From contig CAWAUV010000007.1 in the NCBI GenBank assembly GCA_963785305.1, forward strand, positions 800,001 to 864,000: a DNA stretch of 64,000 nucleotides. The letters run 5' to 3'. This DNA is from an uncultured Planctomycetaceae bacterium (GTDB taxonomy: Bacteria > Planctomycetota > Planctomycetia > Pirellulales > PALSA-1355). The position numbers were made by a program, and so were the translations under genes. Positions 12,201 to 23,913 of the stretch are shown one piece after another; positions within the stretch are counted from its first letter, which is position 1, and the number at the start of each line of letters is the position of its first letter. The notes beneath the pieces were generated by a model that made no database searches, had not been told where the DNA came from, and was given only the letters and a program-made list of their open reading frames with translations.

Positions 12201-15200
12201 GCTTCAATGAGGCCGCGGTCTGCTGACCGCGGAAAGACTGCGACCCAGCGCCTCGGCACGCGACCGACGCCGCTTCAATGAGGCCGCGGTCTGCTGACCG
12301 CGGAAAGCGCTGCGCACAGTCTCAATCCGGTCCGATTTGTACTCGCTTCAATGAGGCCGCGGTCTGCTGACCGCGGAAAGGAGCAGTTCGCGGATCACTG
12401 TGATTGGAGTAAGTTGCTTCAATGAGGCCGCGGTCTGCTGACCGCGGAAAGCCCCTCTAACCATTGACGGTATCTCGCTAGATACTTAGGCTTCAATGAG
12501 GCCGCGGTCTGCTGACCGCGGAAAGCCCGAAGTAGACCTACAAAAGATGTACAACTCGGCGGGCTTCAATGAGGCCGCGGTCTGCTGACCGCGGAAAGCG
12601 CCCTCGCGCTCGATTATGAAACTGACGAGGACGGCGGCTTCAATGAGGCCGCGGTCTGCTGACCGCGGAAAGGGCGATGAACCCATTGGGGGCAACGTGT
12701 CAACGTCCGAGGCTTCAATGAGGCCGCGGTCTGCTGACCGCGGAAAGTCGCTTACCACCGAAGCGATCGTGTGGTCGGGCCGCGCTTCAATGAGGCCGCG
12801 GTCTGCTGACCGCGGAAAGCAGGGCTACACCAACTGCATCAACCAAGACACGTTGCTTCAATGAGGCCGCGGTCTGCTGACCGCGGAAAGAGTCGCTTTT
12901 CGGCAAAAACAAGCCAGTTCAGTTCGGCTTCAATGAGGCCGCGGTCTGCTGACCGCGGAAAGGAAGCCTGCATCCGACGCCCCACTATCAGGCGTGACGC
13001 TTCAATGAGGCCGCGGTCTGCTGACCGCGGAAAGGTCCCCGGCACCGAGTACACAGTCGCTGTCCATCGAGCTTCAATGAGGCCGCGGTCTGCTGACCGC
13101 GGAAAGCGGTGGAAGCTGGCCCGGGCGCGTCGCGAATTATATGCTTCAATGAGGCCGCGGTCTGCTGACCGCGGAAAGAAAGCGGCAGGAATTGGCAACG
13201 TACACACAAATAATGCTTCAATGAGGCCGCGGTCTGCTGACCGCGGAAAGACGCCGGCCATCAGCACACCGAGCTCAAGGCGATTCTGCTTCAATGAGGC
13301 CGCGGTCTGCTGACCGCGGAAAGTGGGCGAATGGTACTGCTCGGTAGACGAAGATGGCGTGCTTCAATGAGGCCGCGGTCTGCTGACCGCGGAAAGATTG
13401 CCGAACGTCGGCCTTCCACCGAAAATTTAGGTTTGCTTCAATGAGGCCGCGGTCTGCTGACCGCGGAAAGGCCTCTTGGTGCGCATTAAGGGATATGATC
13501 TTGTCGCTTCAATGAGGCCGCGGTCTGCTGACCGCGGAAAGGTGTACTTGGCTAAATAAGTGCTGCCACCCTGTTCGGGGCTTCAATGAGGCCGCGGTCT
13601 GCTGACCGCGGAAAGGCATGCGGATCGATCGATCGCGGGTTGTAGGTCGCGGCTTCAATGAGGCCGCGGTCTGCTGACCGCGGAAAGCCGCACGACCGGC
13701 GAGCCGTCGGCCACTGCGCGCCTAAGCTTCAATGAGGCCGCGGTCTGCTGACCGCGGAAAGTGGCGCCACGGTCACATTCGGTTACCTCGAAACCGAGCT
13801 TCAATGAGGCCGCGGTCTGCTGACCGCGGAAAGATCGTAGCCGGAACCTGTGAGCGATGTTGCGCATGACCGCTTCAATGAGGCCGCGGCCTGCTGACCG
13901 CGGAAAGGCGCTTGACAAGGTTTGGTCGAGCGAAGTTTTCCCCGCTTCAATGAGGCCGCGGTCTGCTGACCGCGGAAAGGACGGTCGAGAACTTATAAGC
14001 TGCGTTTCCCTCCAATGCTTCAATGAGGCCGCGGTCTGCTGACCGCGGAAAGCTCGCCCGATAACCACTTGCTCGATTGCTACGTCGGGCTTCAATGAGG
14101 CCGCGGTCTGCTGACCGCGGAAAGCATTGTCTTCGCCGCGATGGCGCGCGAGGTAATCGGGCTTCAATGAGGCCGCGGTCTGCTGACCGCGGAAAGCGGT
14201 CGGCCCTCATGAATCGCGGCGAAGCACTTGGAGCTTCAATGAGGCCGCGGTCTGCTGACCGCGGAAAGTCTTCGCGATGGTCGGAGTGCCGCTCCAATCG
14301 ATCGGCTTCAATGAGGCCGCGGTCTGCTGACCGCGGAAAGGTTATCGGCTGCGGTTCAAGCACGAATTCAAAGACATGCTTCAATGAGGCCGCGGTCTGC
14401 TGACCGCGGAAAGGCCGGAACCAAAAGACGGACCGCAAACCCCTACTAGAGCTTCAATGAGGCCGCGGTCTGCTGACCGCGGAAAGGCCATCAATGGACA
14501 ACGAGTAATCTCCAGCTAGTGAAGCTTCAATGAGGCCGCGGTCTGCTGACCGCGGAAAGACGATCATGCGTGGGCCACTCCCGAGGGAAAGATGCGCTTC
14601 AATGAGGCCGCGGTCTGCTGACCGCGGAAAGCGGTCGCGCTGCCGTCGTTGCCGGTTGCGCCCATGAACGCTTCAATGAGGCCGCGGTCTGCTGACCGCG
14701 GAAAGGTCGATAGCGGACTTGGTTCGCGAATGGGCGATCGAGCTTCAATGAGGCCGCGGTCTGCTGACCGCGGAAAGCACGCGCAGCGTCGCAAACACCG
14801 AGTAACAAACAAAGCTTCAATGAGGCCGCGGTCTGCTGACCGCGGAAAGTTCGGCGCAAGGCGCTGCCGCGAAGTGGGCGGCGTTGCTTCAATGAGGCCG
14901 CGGTCTGCTGACCGCGGAAAGGCCGTGCGGAGCGGCGGACTGTTCGGCAACCGCAGTGCTTCAATGAGGCCGCGGTCTGCTGACCGCGGAAAGAATCTGC
15001 AACCAATAAGTCCTTACTCCGCAAGGAGATGCTTCAATGAGGCCGCGGTCTGCTGACCGCGGAAAGATGCGCGTCGATCGCACACGATTTCATCGCGAGC
15101 GGGCTTCAATGAGGCCGCGGTCTGCTGACCGCGGAAAGCGACGAGCTTGTGAAGGGCCAATACTGGGAAAACGGGCTTCAATGAGGCCGCGGTCTGCTGA

Positions 15201-18200
15201 CCGCGGAAAGGTGCGCCGCCCGAGCCGCCGACCGTCACCACGAACTGCTTCAATGAGGCCGCGGTCTGCTGACCGCGGAAAGCACCGTGCGGCATAGTGG
15301 ACGCAAGACGCGAGTCGAGGCTTCAATGAGGCCGCGGTCTGCTGACCGCGGAAAGGGCAACGATGATTTCAGCGCGATTTTCGACGCGGTTGCTTCAATG
15401 AGGCCGCGGTCTGCTGACCGCGGAAAGCAGCAGCGCCTTGAGCTTGCCGGGCGCGACCGCGTTGCGCTTCAATGAGGCCGCGGTCTGCTGACCGCGGAAA
15501 GATCATGGGAAAGGAACCGAAGTGACCAAACCCAATGCTTCAATGAGGCCGCGGTCTGCTGACCGCGGAAAGGAAATCCGCCGGAGCTTGCGGTGATATC
15601 AAAAAAATAGCTTCAATGAGGCCGCGGTCTGCTGACCGCGGAAAGGACATCGCCCGTCCGAGGCAATCGCCCGATCGACGGCTTCAATGAGGCCGCGGTC
15701 TGCTGACCGCGGAAAGAATTCACGCCGGAGGAGCTGGCCGCCGAGGCGCTTTGCTTCAATGAGGCCGCGGTCTGCTGACCGCGGAAAGCCGTGCGACGAA
15801 CGGACTGGGCGTAAAAGCCAGTTCGGCTTCAATGAGGCCGCGGTCTGCTGACCGCGGAAAGAACCACGCCGATGCTCGTCTCGTCGAAGCCCTCAAGGCT
15901 TCAATGAGGCCGCGGTCTGCTGACCGCGGAAAGGCTGAGTGCCACCAGCGATGTTGATCTTGGCCAGCGAGCTTCAATGAGGCCGCGGTCTGCTGACCGC
16001 GGAAAGTCCTGGCCGCGTCGATATAGTTGCCGAATTGAGGCAATGCTTCAATGAGGCCGCGGTCTGCTGACCGCGGAAAGGTGGTTCGTCGCCGTCTGGT
16101 CGATAGCCAATTGCAAGCTTCAATGAGGCCGCGGTCTGCTGACCGCGGAAAGCCTTGATGCCCTTCGAGAATTCCGACTGATCGAGCGGCTTCAATGAGG
16201 CCGCGGTCTGCTGACCGCGGAAAGGTACGAAGCGAGACTGAAGCAAATCGCGGAACTGCGCTTCAATGAGGCCGCGGTCTGCTGACCGCGGAAAGTCGCC
16301 GCGCCATCGCCGAGCCGCTTCGGAATCGCGGGCTTCAATGAGGCCGCGGTCTGCTGACCGCGGAAAGCCCGGGACCACCTCCACGCGAGCCCGGCGACGA
16401 CACCGCTTCAATGAGGCCGCGGTCTGCTGACCGCGGAAAGCTTATAGGAAAAATCTTTGCGGCAATCCCTGCAGCGCTTCAATGAGGCCGCGGTCTGCTG
16501 ACCGCGGAAAGTCGCTGGTAGCAGTCACAGAACGATCTCGCTCGCTCGGCGCTTCAATGAGGCCGCGGTCTGCTGACCGCGGAAAGGGCGATGTAGTAGT
16601 AGTTGAAGTCGCCGAGCACCGCGCTTCAATGAGGCCGCGGTCTGCTGACCGCGGAAAGGTCGCGGTGGCCGCGCGAGCGAGCAGCGTGCCCGTGCGCTTC
16701 AATGAGGCCGCGGTCTGCTGACCGCGGAAAGAACAACACGTTGCGGCTGTTCGACGAGCATCGCGCGCTTCAATGAGGCCGCGGTCTGCTGACCGCGGAA
16801 AGGCGCAAGAACTCGCCGAATCCGCCGCAGCGCGTCGCGCTTCAATGAGGCCGCGGTCTGCTGACCGCGGAAAGCACGCTCACGGCCGAAAAGACCGGGG
16901 TCGCCGTCGAGGCTTCAATGAGGCCGCGGTCTGCTGACCGCGGAAAGCGAATGGATCGAGAACAAACAGCGCCCGCAGAAGCAGGCTTCAATGAGGCCGC
17001 GGTCTGCTGACCGCGGAAAGGCCAAGTCGCGGCGCAAAGCGACGTGTTGACCGTCCAGCTTCAATGAGGCCGCGGTCTGCTGACCGCGGAAAGGTCCGCG
17101 GATGCGGCCAGCCCATCAGCCACCACTGAGCTTCAATGAGGCCGCGGTCTGCTGACCGCGGAAAGGAATGCGTTCCAGCGGGGACTATGATCGAAACACC
17201 GCTTCAATGAGGCCGCGGTCTGCTGACCGCGGAAAGGCCACGACGGCGCCCACTTTTTGCGTGTCGAAGCCACGGCTTCAATGAGGCCGCGGTCTGCTGA
17301 CCGCGGAAAGTCCGCCGCGGCGCGAAAAGGGATTCACATGCTCACCGCTTCAATGAGGCCGCGGTCTGCTGACCGCGGAAAGACGGAGACCATCAACGAT
17401 GTCGATAAATACGTCGCGCTTCAATGAGGCCGCGGTCTGCTGACCGCGGAAAGGATTCGTGCGTGGATCGGTCAACGTGTAGATCAACGCTTCAATGAGG
17501 CCGCGGTCTGCTGACCGCGGAAAGGTCCTGCCTGGGTCTGCCACACATTTTTCCGCTACGCTTCAATGAGGCCGCGGTCTGCTGACCGCGGAAAGCAGCA
17601 ACGCCGAACGCCGCCGATAATCGATCGAAGGCTTCAATGAGGCCGCGGTCTGCTGACCGCGGAAAGGATACAGGCTTCGCTCGTGAAAAAAAGTTCTCGC
17701 CGGCTTCAATGAGGCCGCGGTCTGCTGACCGCGGAAAGATTTGATGGAGCGATCATGGAGATGACCTTTCTTTTGCTTCAATGAGGCCGCGGTCTGCTGA
17801 CCGCGGAAAGCTGCCCGAGATTAGCCTGCCGGGCCAGCAGGGGGTGCTTCAATGAGGCCGCGGTCTGCTGACCGCGGAAAGCGGCGGCGGCCTGCTTGCG
17901 CTCGTGAAGGCGCTCCTGGCGCTTCAATGAGGCCGCGGTCTGCTGACCGCGGAAAGTCGTCCAGCCGCCGATGTGAATCCAGTCGGTCGGCGCGCTTCAA
18001 TGAGGCCGCGGTCTGCTGACCGCGGAAAGCCGGTCGCACCAGCACTAAGCTCCGCGAAGCGTCGAGCTTCAATGAGGCCGCGGTCTGCTGACCGCGGAAA
18101 GGGCGCCGCGACGGCTGGCCTGCGCGACTACGAGAAAAGCTTCAATGAGGCCGCGGTCTGCTGACCGCGGAAAGCGGCCCGAAGCTGGCAGGTTGCCCTT

Positions 18201-21200
18201 GGCAGGGCAGGAGCTTCAATGAGGCCGCGGTCTGCTGACCGCGGAAAGCCGGGCAGGGCCGTCACTGGCAAGATATGTTTGATCGCTTCAATGAGGCCGC
18301 GGTCTGCTGACCGCGGAAAGCTGAGCCACGCTCGCATTCGCGACGAGCCACCCGAGGCTTCAATGAGGCCGCGGTCTGCTGACCGCGGAAAGGCCAATGA
18401 TAAGTTCTCTGTCGAAGGCCAGCGTGTGGCTTCAATGAGGCCGCGGTCTGCTGACCGCGGAAAGAAGGTCTACCTCGCGGCGAAGGATGGCGAGCAAGCG
18501 CTTCAATGAGGCCGCGGTCTGCTGACCGCGGAAAGCGCCGGCAAGTCCCTCGGGACCACCGGAGATGGAGCGCTTCAATGAGGCCGCGGTCTGCTGACCG
18601 CGGAAAGTACGGCACTCAATGGGAGAAACAGAACCGGGAAACGGGCTTCAATGAGGCCGCGGTCTGCTGACCGCGGAAAGAATGACGCGAGCTTCATTTG
18701 CCGAGGAATTCCTCTAAGCTTCAATGAGGCCGCGGTCTGCTGACCGCGGAAAGCGACCGTGGGCGACATCATCGATCGCCCGGATGCCCGCTTCAATGAG
18801 GCCGCGGTCTGCTGACCGCGGAAAGTCGGCCGACCCTTGGTGAAGCGCACGAAATTGCGGGGCTTCAATGAGGCCGCGGTCTGCTGACCGCGGAAAGCTC
18901 GCGTCGCATGTCGGCAAGCTGGACGCCGCCAGCTTCAATGAGGCCGCGGTCTGCTGACCGCGGAAAGGGCCTTTCACGATCTGGTCGGCGAGGCGATGGG
19001 CCTGCTTCAATGAGGCCGCGGTCTGCTGACCGCGGAAAGTGCCCGATCCGGCCGTGATCTTTCCGATCTGATCGTTGCTTCAATGAGGCCGCGGTCTGCT
19101 GACCGCGGAAAGGGCTACGAAGGCGATGGTCAACCAAGGCATGCGAGAGCTTCAATGAGGCCGCGGTCTGCTGACCGCGGAAAGTCTGGCGCGACACCGA
19201 AAGGGGGCCTCGACCTGTCGGCTTCAATGAGGCCGCGGTCTGCTGACCGCGGAAAGGCCTCGCTCTCGCCGCACGCCATCACCATCAGCGCGCTTCAATG
19301 AGGCCGCGGTCTGCTGACCGCGGAAAGCGACCGTCTCGGCTACAAGTTCGCGACGGCCGAGGGCTTCAATGAGGCCGCGGTCTGCTGACCGCGGAAAGAA
19401 ATAGACGCCGCCGGACTCAACGAAGCCCGAGCAATGCTTCAATGAGGCCGCGGTCTGCTGACCGCGGAAAGGGCATCGAGGTCAATCGGGGTGATTGGGA
19501 GACGGTCTAGCTTCAATGAGGCCGCGGTCTGCTGACCGCGGAAAGAGCCATGCGTCGATCCCGACGACCATGATTGCCAAGCTTCAATGAGGCCGCGGTC
19601 TGCTGACCGCGGAAAGGTTGGCTGGCTCATGCCGTATGGCCCCTGGCGGAATTCGCTTCAATGAGGCCGCGGTCTGCTGACCGCGGAAAGCACCACGACC
19701 CTCATCAAGCAGGCCGCAGGCTTCGTGCTTCAATGAGGCCGCGGTCTGCTGACCGCGGAAAGAGCGATGCCGTTAGTGAGCGTGGCTAGGTTGGCGTTGC
19801 TTCAATGAGGCCGCGGTCTGCTGACCGCGGAAAGGAGCCACGTCAGCCCATGCCCACCCAGCACCGCCAGAGCTTCAATGAGGCCGCGGTCTGCTGACCG
19901 CGGAAAGACCTGACCAGCGTGGACGCCGTAGCGTGCAAGATCGGCTTCAATGAGGCCGCGGTCTGCTGACCGCGGAAAGCCGAGTCTTGGGAATTGCTTA
20001 TACTTATCATAGATATAGCTTCAATGAGGCCGCGGTCTGCTGACCGCGGAAAGACCGGCGAGCTCCTCGGCATGTTCGGCGTTGGCGGGGCTTCAATGAG
20101 GCCGCGGTCTGCTGACCGCGGAAAGGGCCAACCATGCGGCTGCCGAGGTAAAGCCAGAAGCGCTTCAATGAGGCCGCGGTCTGCTGACCGCGGAAAGTTT
20201 CCGCCGCCAATCGAGCCGTACTTGCCCTGGATCGCTTCAATGAGGCCGCGGTCTGCTGACCGCGGAAAGAACCCATGACGATCACGCAAGGACTGGTTGC
20301 GTATTTGCTTCAATGAGGCCGCGGTCTGCTGACCGCGGAAAGGGATAAGCGGGAAAAAGGAGCCATCTTCGCGCAGACGGCTTCAATGAGGCCGCGGTCT
20401 GCTGACCGCGGAAAGCGCACAGGGCGCACAGCGGGCAAAAAGTATGGTTGGCTTCAATGAGGCCGCGGTCTGCTGACCGCGGAAAGAACGCCAACGTCGT
20501 CGCGAACAAGCCTCCGAAACTAGCTTCAATGAGGCCGCGGTCTGCTGACCGCGGAAAGGGCGGCGCGGCGCCATGGGAACCGCGAGCCTGTACGCTTCAA
20601 TGAGGCCGCGGTCTGCTGACCGCGGAAAGTACGAGGGCTTTATGTGTAGCGGATTCGAGAGCGCTTGGCTTCAATGAGGCCGCGGTCTGCTGACCGCGGA
20701 AAGATGGCGTTCCAACGCTGAATCGTAATTCTCTAGCTTTTGCTTCAATGAGGCCGCGGTCTGCTGACCGCGGAAAGCCGCGTGGATGGGAAGAAACGGC
20801 ACGGCTGGTACCCGCTTCAATGAGGCCGCGGTCTGCTGACCGCGGAAAGCACCAGTCGGACGGGTCGACCATCACGGTTTCTCCGGCTTCAATGAGGCCG
20901 CGGTCTGCTGACCGCGGAAAGGACCACCTGTGGTATTTTCCGCCAGTGGACGTTTTTGCTTCAATGAGGCCGCGGTCTGCTGACCGCGGAAAGCCAAGGA
21001 CGCGGCACGGTCGACGATATCATGGTGCGCTTCAATGAGGCCGCGGTCTGCTGACCGCGGAAAGGATGAGATGAACGCAGGCGCCTCGGTGTCTAACGTG
21101 CTTCAATGAGGCCGCGGTCTGCTGACCGCGGAAAGCCGACCACGACAGTCACGAGTCGCCCCCTTGTACTCGCTTCAATGAGGCCGCGGTCTGCTGACCG

Positions 21201-21207
21201 CGGAAAG
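9298..21207 (-). CRISPR. Type I-G (I-U) CRISPR array, about 165 repeats and 164 spacers (hand count); repeat CTTTCCGCGGTCAGCAGACCGCGGCCTCATTGAAGC
   Basis: 36-bp repeat with an 8-bp stem (CCGCGGTC/GACCGCGG) and a 3' ATTGAAGC handle; spacers mostly 34-38 bp. Degenerate repeats cluster at the 9.3-kb end and the leader lies at 21.2 kb, so the array is read on the minus strand. Confidence 0.98.
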
Positions 21208-21443
21208 ACCGCCCTCGTAAGTCGTGGCGGCGATTGGGTTCCGGCGCGACTTTGCGAGCGGCGGATGCGAAACGGCGCACGTCATGCTCCTCAACATACC
21301 CAATAAAACACCTAACTCCTTTCACTGCTTGCCTCGCGAGCGGCGGCCGAAGTTTGCGTCGCACTCCGCCGCTCGCAAGTCACAATTGTTGAAAGTTGAA
21401 TTGCCAAAGAACTTGCGGCTCACAAGAACTTGGAGCCCACGCG
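21208..21443 (-). promoter_or_regulatory. CRISPR leader
   Basis: Non-coding stretch between the first repeat and the cas1 stop, with an AT-rich patch and repeated GCGAGCGG motifs (~21254, ~21336, inverted ~21369). Confidence 0.8.
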
Positions 21444-23255
21444 CTACCGAGTCGTGAACACCGGATACGTGCCCAACTCGCCGGATAACACACGCGCCAG
21501 CAAACGAGCCTGGATTTCCAACAGCCGACGATAATTGACACGATACCCGAACAGCGGGTGCGTTACCAGCGTGTCCATTCGCTGTTCATAGGCGCGAAAG
21601 AAGGCTTTGCGGCCGTCGGGTTTCAACGCCACCGAATCGCCGGCTCGCACGAAATCGCTGGGCGCGACCATCCGGGTATTGATTGCCGAAAGCACGGCCG
21701 AATCGGCAATGAGCGGTCGAAACGGCTCCATGAGATCAAGCGCCAACGCGGCTCGGCCGAAACGCGGTTGATGATAGAACCCCAAGAAAGGATCGAACCC
21801 GACAGCGTGGCACACGATCGTCAAGTCCTTGGCCAACACGCTGTAAGCCAGCGACAGCAATGCATTGACGGGGTCGCGCGGTGGCCGCCGGTTGCGTTTG
21901 GCGAAGTCGAACGAGAACGCGGCGTTCGCCCGATGTTCGTTGCCGGATTGCCCGTCGTTTTTGATCATGCCGGCGAACTGCTGGAAGTACGCGCGGGCCG
22001 CGTTGCCTTCGATCCCCAGTAGGGTTTCGAGCGAACCGGCCTGTTCGGCGTCGTCTTGCATGTTCTTGAGCATGTTCAAGGCGGCGGCCGGCGGTTCGAG
22101 ATGGTTGCGCTGGAGCATGGTACGCTGATTGCGGATCTTGCCGGCCACCAGGGCCCTGGCCAGCCGCAGACAAAACGCCGGCACGTCGGCCAAGCGAAAC
22201 TGCTCGCGGCGCAGGTAAATGTTTCGCACTCCCAGCCCCTGCGTCACCCCATAGAACCAGCCGCCTTGCGAAAAGTAGGCGATCGGCACTTCTTGCTGGC
22301 AAAGCTCCTGCAACGCTTGGGTGGAAAGTTGGATGTTGCCGAACAAGCTCAACTGACAAATCTCGCCAATGCGCACTTCTTGAACGACTTTGTCCTTTTC
22401 TTGCACTTTCAGCACCGCGCCGGATTTGCCCACGCGCAGGCCCGGCGTGTTCAAGTACAACGGACGCAGATCGTCGCGGGCAGGCACAAGCCGGCGGATA
22501 TCTTGACGATCTTCCGCGGCAACCTTGGTCGATGCTTGCGGCGCCACGCCGATATCGAATAGCAATCGTTGCCGGCTGGGGTCGTGGGCGGTGATGGTCT
22601 GGCAGGCCACGGTTTCGTCGGGCAGGCAAATGCCCACCAGCGAGCAGCGCGGGCACTTCGGACTATCGACCAGTGGCGCCGGGATCGTGCCCGAGGCGGC
22701 CAAGTCGCGGGCTTCGCGCAGCGCTTGCAGAGTCTGGGCCACCAGCGCCTCGTCGACCGCCACTCGCACTCGCTGTTTCGTGGCGACGAAATAGATCACT
22801 CCCTCGTCGCAGCGATAGCCATTGTCGCGGAGCACGAGCGCCTGCACGGCGATCTGCACTCGCTCGGGATCCCAAGCCACGAGTTCACCGGTGTCGGCGT
22901 CCTCGCGCGGCGAGCCTCGTTTGTAATCGACCGGCGTGACCTGTTCCCCGTCGGCCTCGATCAGGTCGAGCTTGGCGATCAGGCCATGGGTATCACTGGA
23001 CAGCGTGACGGATCGAGCGTGAATCGTCTGGTCGATCGTCTGGCGGGTTGCCGCCAGTTCTTGCGCCGAGGGAAGCGCGTCGTCCTTGGCGTCGAGCTTC
23101 GCGTGGCGCAGGGCGCCTTCGGTCGTTTCGCGATTATGAACGAAGACGCCTTCGACCCATTCGTAATAAAACAATCGCGGACAATAAACGAATTCGTTGA
23201 GCATCCTTGCCGGCAAGTAGTCGGGCAATTCATCCGAAGCGGCGTTTTGAAGCAT
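21444..23255 (-). CDS. cas4-cas1: Cas4-Cas1 fusion
   Basis: Cas4 motifs YCPR, DYKRG, CPRCSLVGIC; Cas1 motifs LLGIEGNAARAYF, RRPPRDPVNALLS, LALDLMEPFR. Confidence 0.97.
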   Translation of the reverse strand: MLQNAASDELPDYLPARMLNEFVYCPRLFYYEWVEGVFVHNRETTEGALRHAKLDAKDDALPSAQELAATRQTIDQTIHARSVTLSSDTHGLIAKLDLIEADGEQVTPVDYKRGSPREDADTGELVAWDPERVQIAVQALVLRDNGYRCDEGVIYFVATKQRVRVAVDEALVAQTLQALREARDLAASGTIPAPLVDSPKCPRCSLVGICLPDETVACQTITAHDPSRQRLLFDIGVAPQASTKVAAEDRQDIRRLVPARDDLRPLYLNTPGLRVGKSGAVLKVQEKDKVVQEVRIGEICQLSLFGNIQLSTQALQELCQQEVPIAYFSQGGWFYGVTQGLGVRNIYLRREQFRLADVPAFCLRLARALVAGKIRNQRTMLQRNHLEPPAAALNMLKNMQDDAEQAGSLETLLGIEGNAARAYFQQFAGMIKNDGQSGNEHRANAAFSFDFAKRNRRPPRDPVNALLSLAYSVLAKDLTIVCHAVGFDPFLGFYHQPRFGRAALALDLMEPFRPLIADSAVLSAINTRMVAPSDFVRAGDSVALKPDGRKAFFRAYEQRMDTLVTHPLFGYRVNYRRLLEIQARLLARVLSGELGTYPVFTTR

Positions 23256-23258
23256 GGA

Positions 23259-23549
23259 TCACACCACAATGCAAGGCGCGTCCATGCTGGTATAGGGCAG
23301 CCCGAGCGCGGAGATCACACGTTCGCCGCGCCCTTCGGTGGGGCCCAGGTCCACGAAAAGGACTTGATCTTCGTTGTGTTTGATCAGTTCGTTGATCGCG
23401 TGCCGGCAGCGGGCCAGATCGATGGCGGTGAACTGACATTCGAAGATCGAATATTGGAGATGGTCGCCGAAGTCGCGCATGGTCTTGAAGACCTTGCGCA
23501 GCCGTTTGTCGTCGGCGATGTCGTAGCAGACGAGAAAGGTGTTTCGCAT
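23259..23549 (-). CDS. cas2: CRISPR-associated endoribonuclease Cas2
   Basis: FLVCYDIADDKRLRKV...HLQYSIFEC; 96 aa. Confidence 0.97.
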   Translation of the reverse strand: MRNTFLVCYDIADDKRLRKVFKTMRDFGDHLQYSIFECQFTAIDLARCRHAINELIKHNEDQVLFVDLGPTEGRGERVISALGLPYTSMDAPCIVV

Positions 23550-23735
23550 GGAAAGCGTCCCTGGTTGTTTTCGACAAGGGGGCCTCCGTGCGGGACGAAC
23601 ATGGATTCGTTATCCGGTTCCAGGATACTTCGAGGGCTCAGCAATTCAACTCGTGCCCGATGATCTCCGCGGCAGCGAGGAAGCAATGCAATGAGGCGTC
23701 GCCAATCCATGCGTCGGCAGGGGGCCGCGGGCGGG

Positions 23736-23876
23736 CGTGCAATGTGGCCGCGGTCTGCTGACCGCGGAAAAAAAGGCGTTGGCTTGCCAACAGCAAACAA
23801 TCCCTCACTTCAATGTGGCCGCGGGCTTCGCTAATCATGAATTTCCCGGATGGATAGTGGTCGCGAACCGCGTAAG
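23736..23876 (-). ncRNA. CRISPR-like mini-array (crlRNA, CreR/CreA-like): loop-expanded repeat, 35-nt spacer, near-intact repeat
   Basis: Near-intact repeat at 23736-23771 with the stem preserved; spacer at 23772-23806; repeat 3' half at 23807-23824 (16/18 match) and a repeat-like 5' half at ~23863-23876. Confidence 0.8.
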
Positions 23877-23881
23877 CGATA

Positions 23882-23910
23882 AATCTAATCTCTCACCCCA
23901 TGAGTGTCAA
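23882..23910 (-). promoter_or_regulatory. Sigma70-type promoter for the mini-array, cas2 and cas4-cas1
   Basis: TTGACA (23910-23905), 17 bp, TAGATT (23887-23882) on the minus strand. Confidence 0.75.
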
Positions 23911-23913
23911 TTG

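Noticed and set aside
12452..12489. Spacer sharing TGACGGTATCTC with ~43867-43878 (possible self-target)
   Set aside because: 12-nt match only, expected by chance. I found no convincing self-targeting spacer by eye, but the search was not exhaustive.
9588..21306. Dozens of ORFs with FPRSADRGLIEA / MRPRSADRGK repeats
   Set aside because: They are translations of the CRISPR repeats, not genes.
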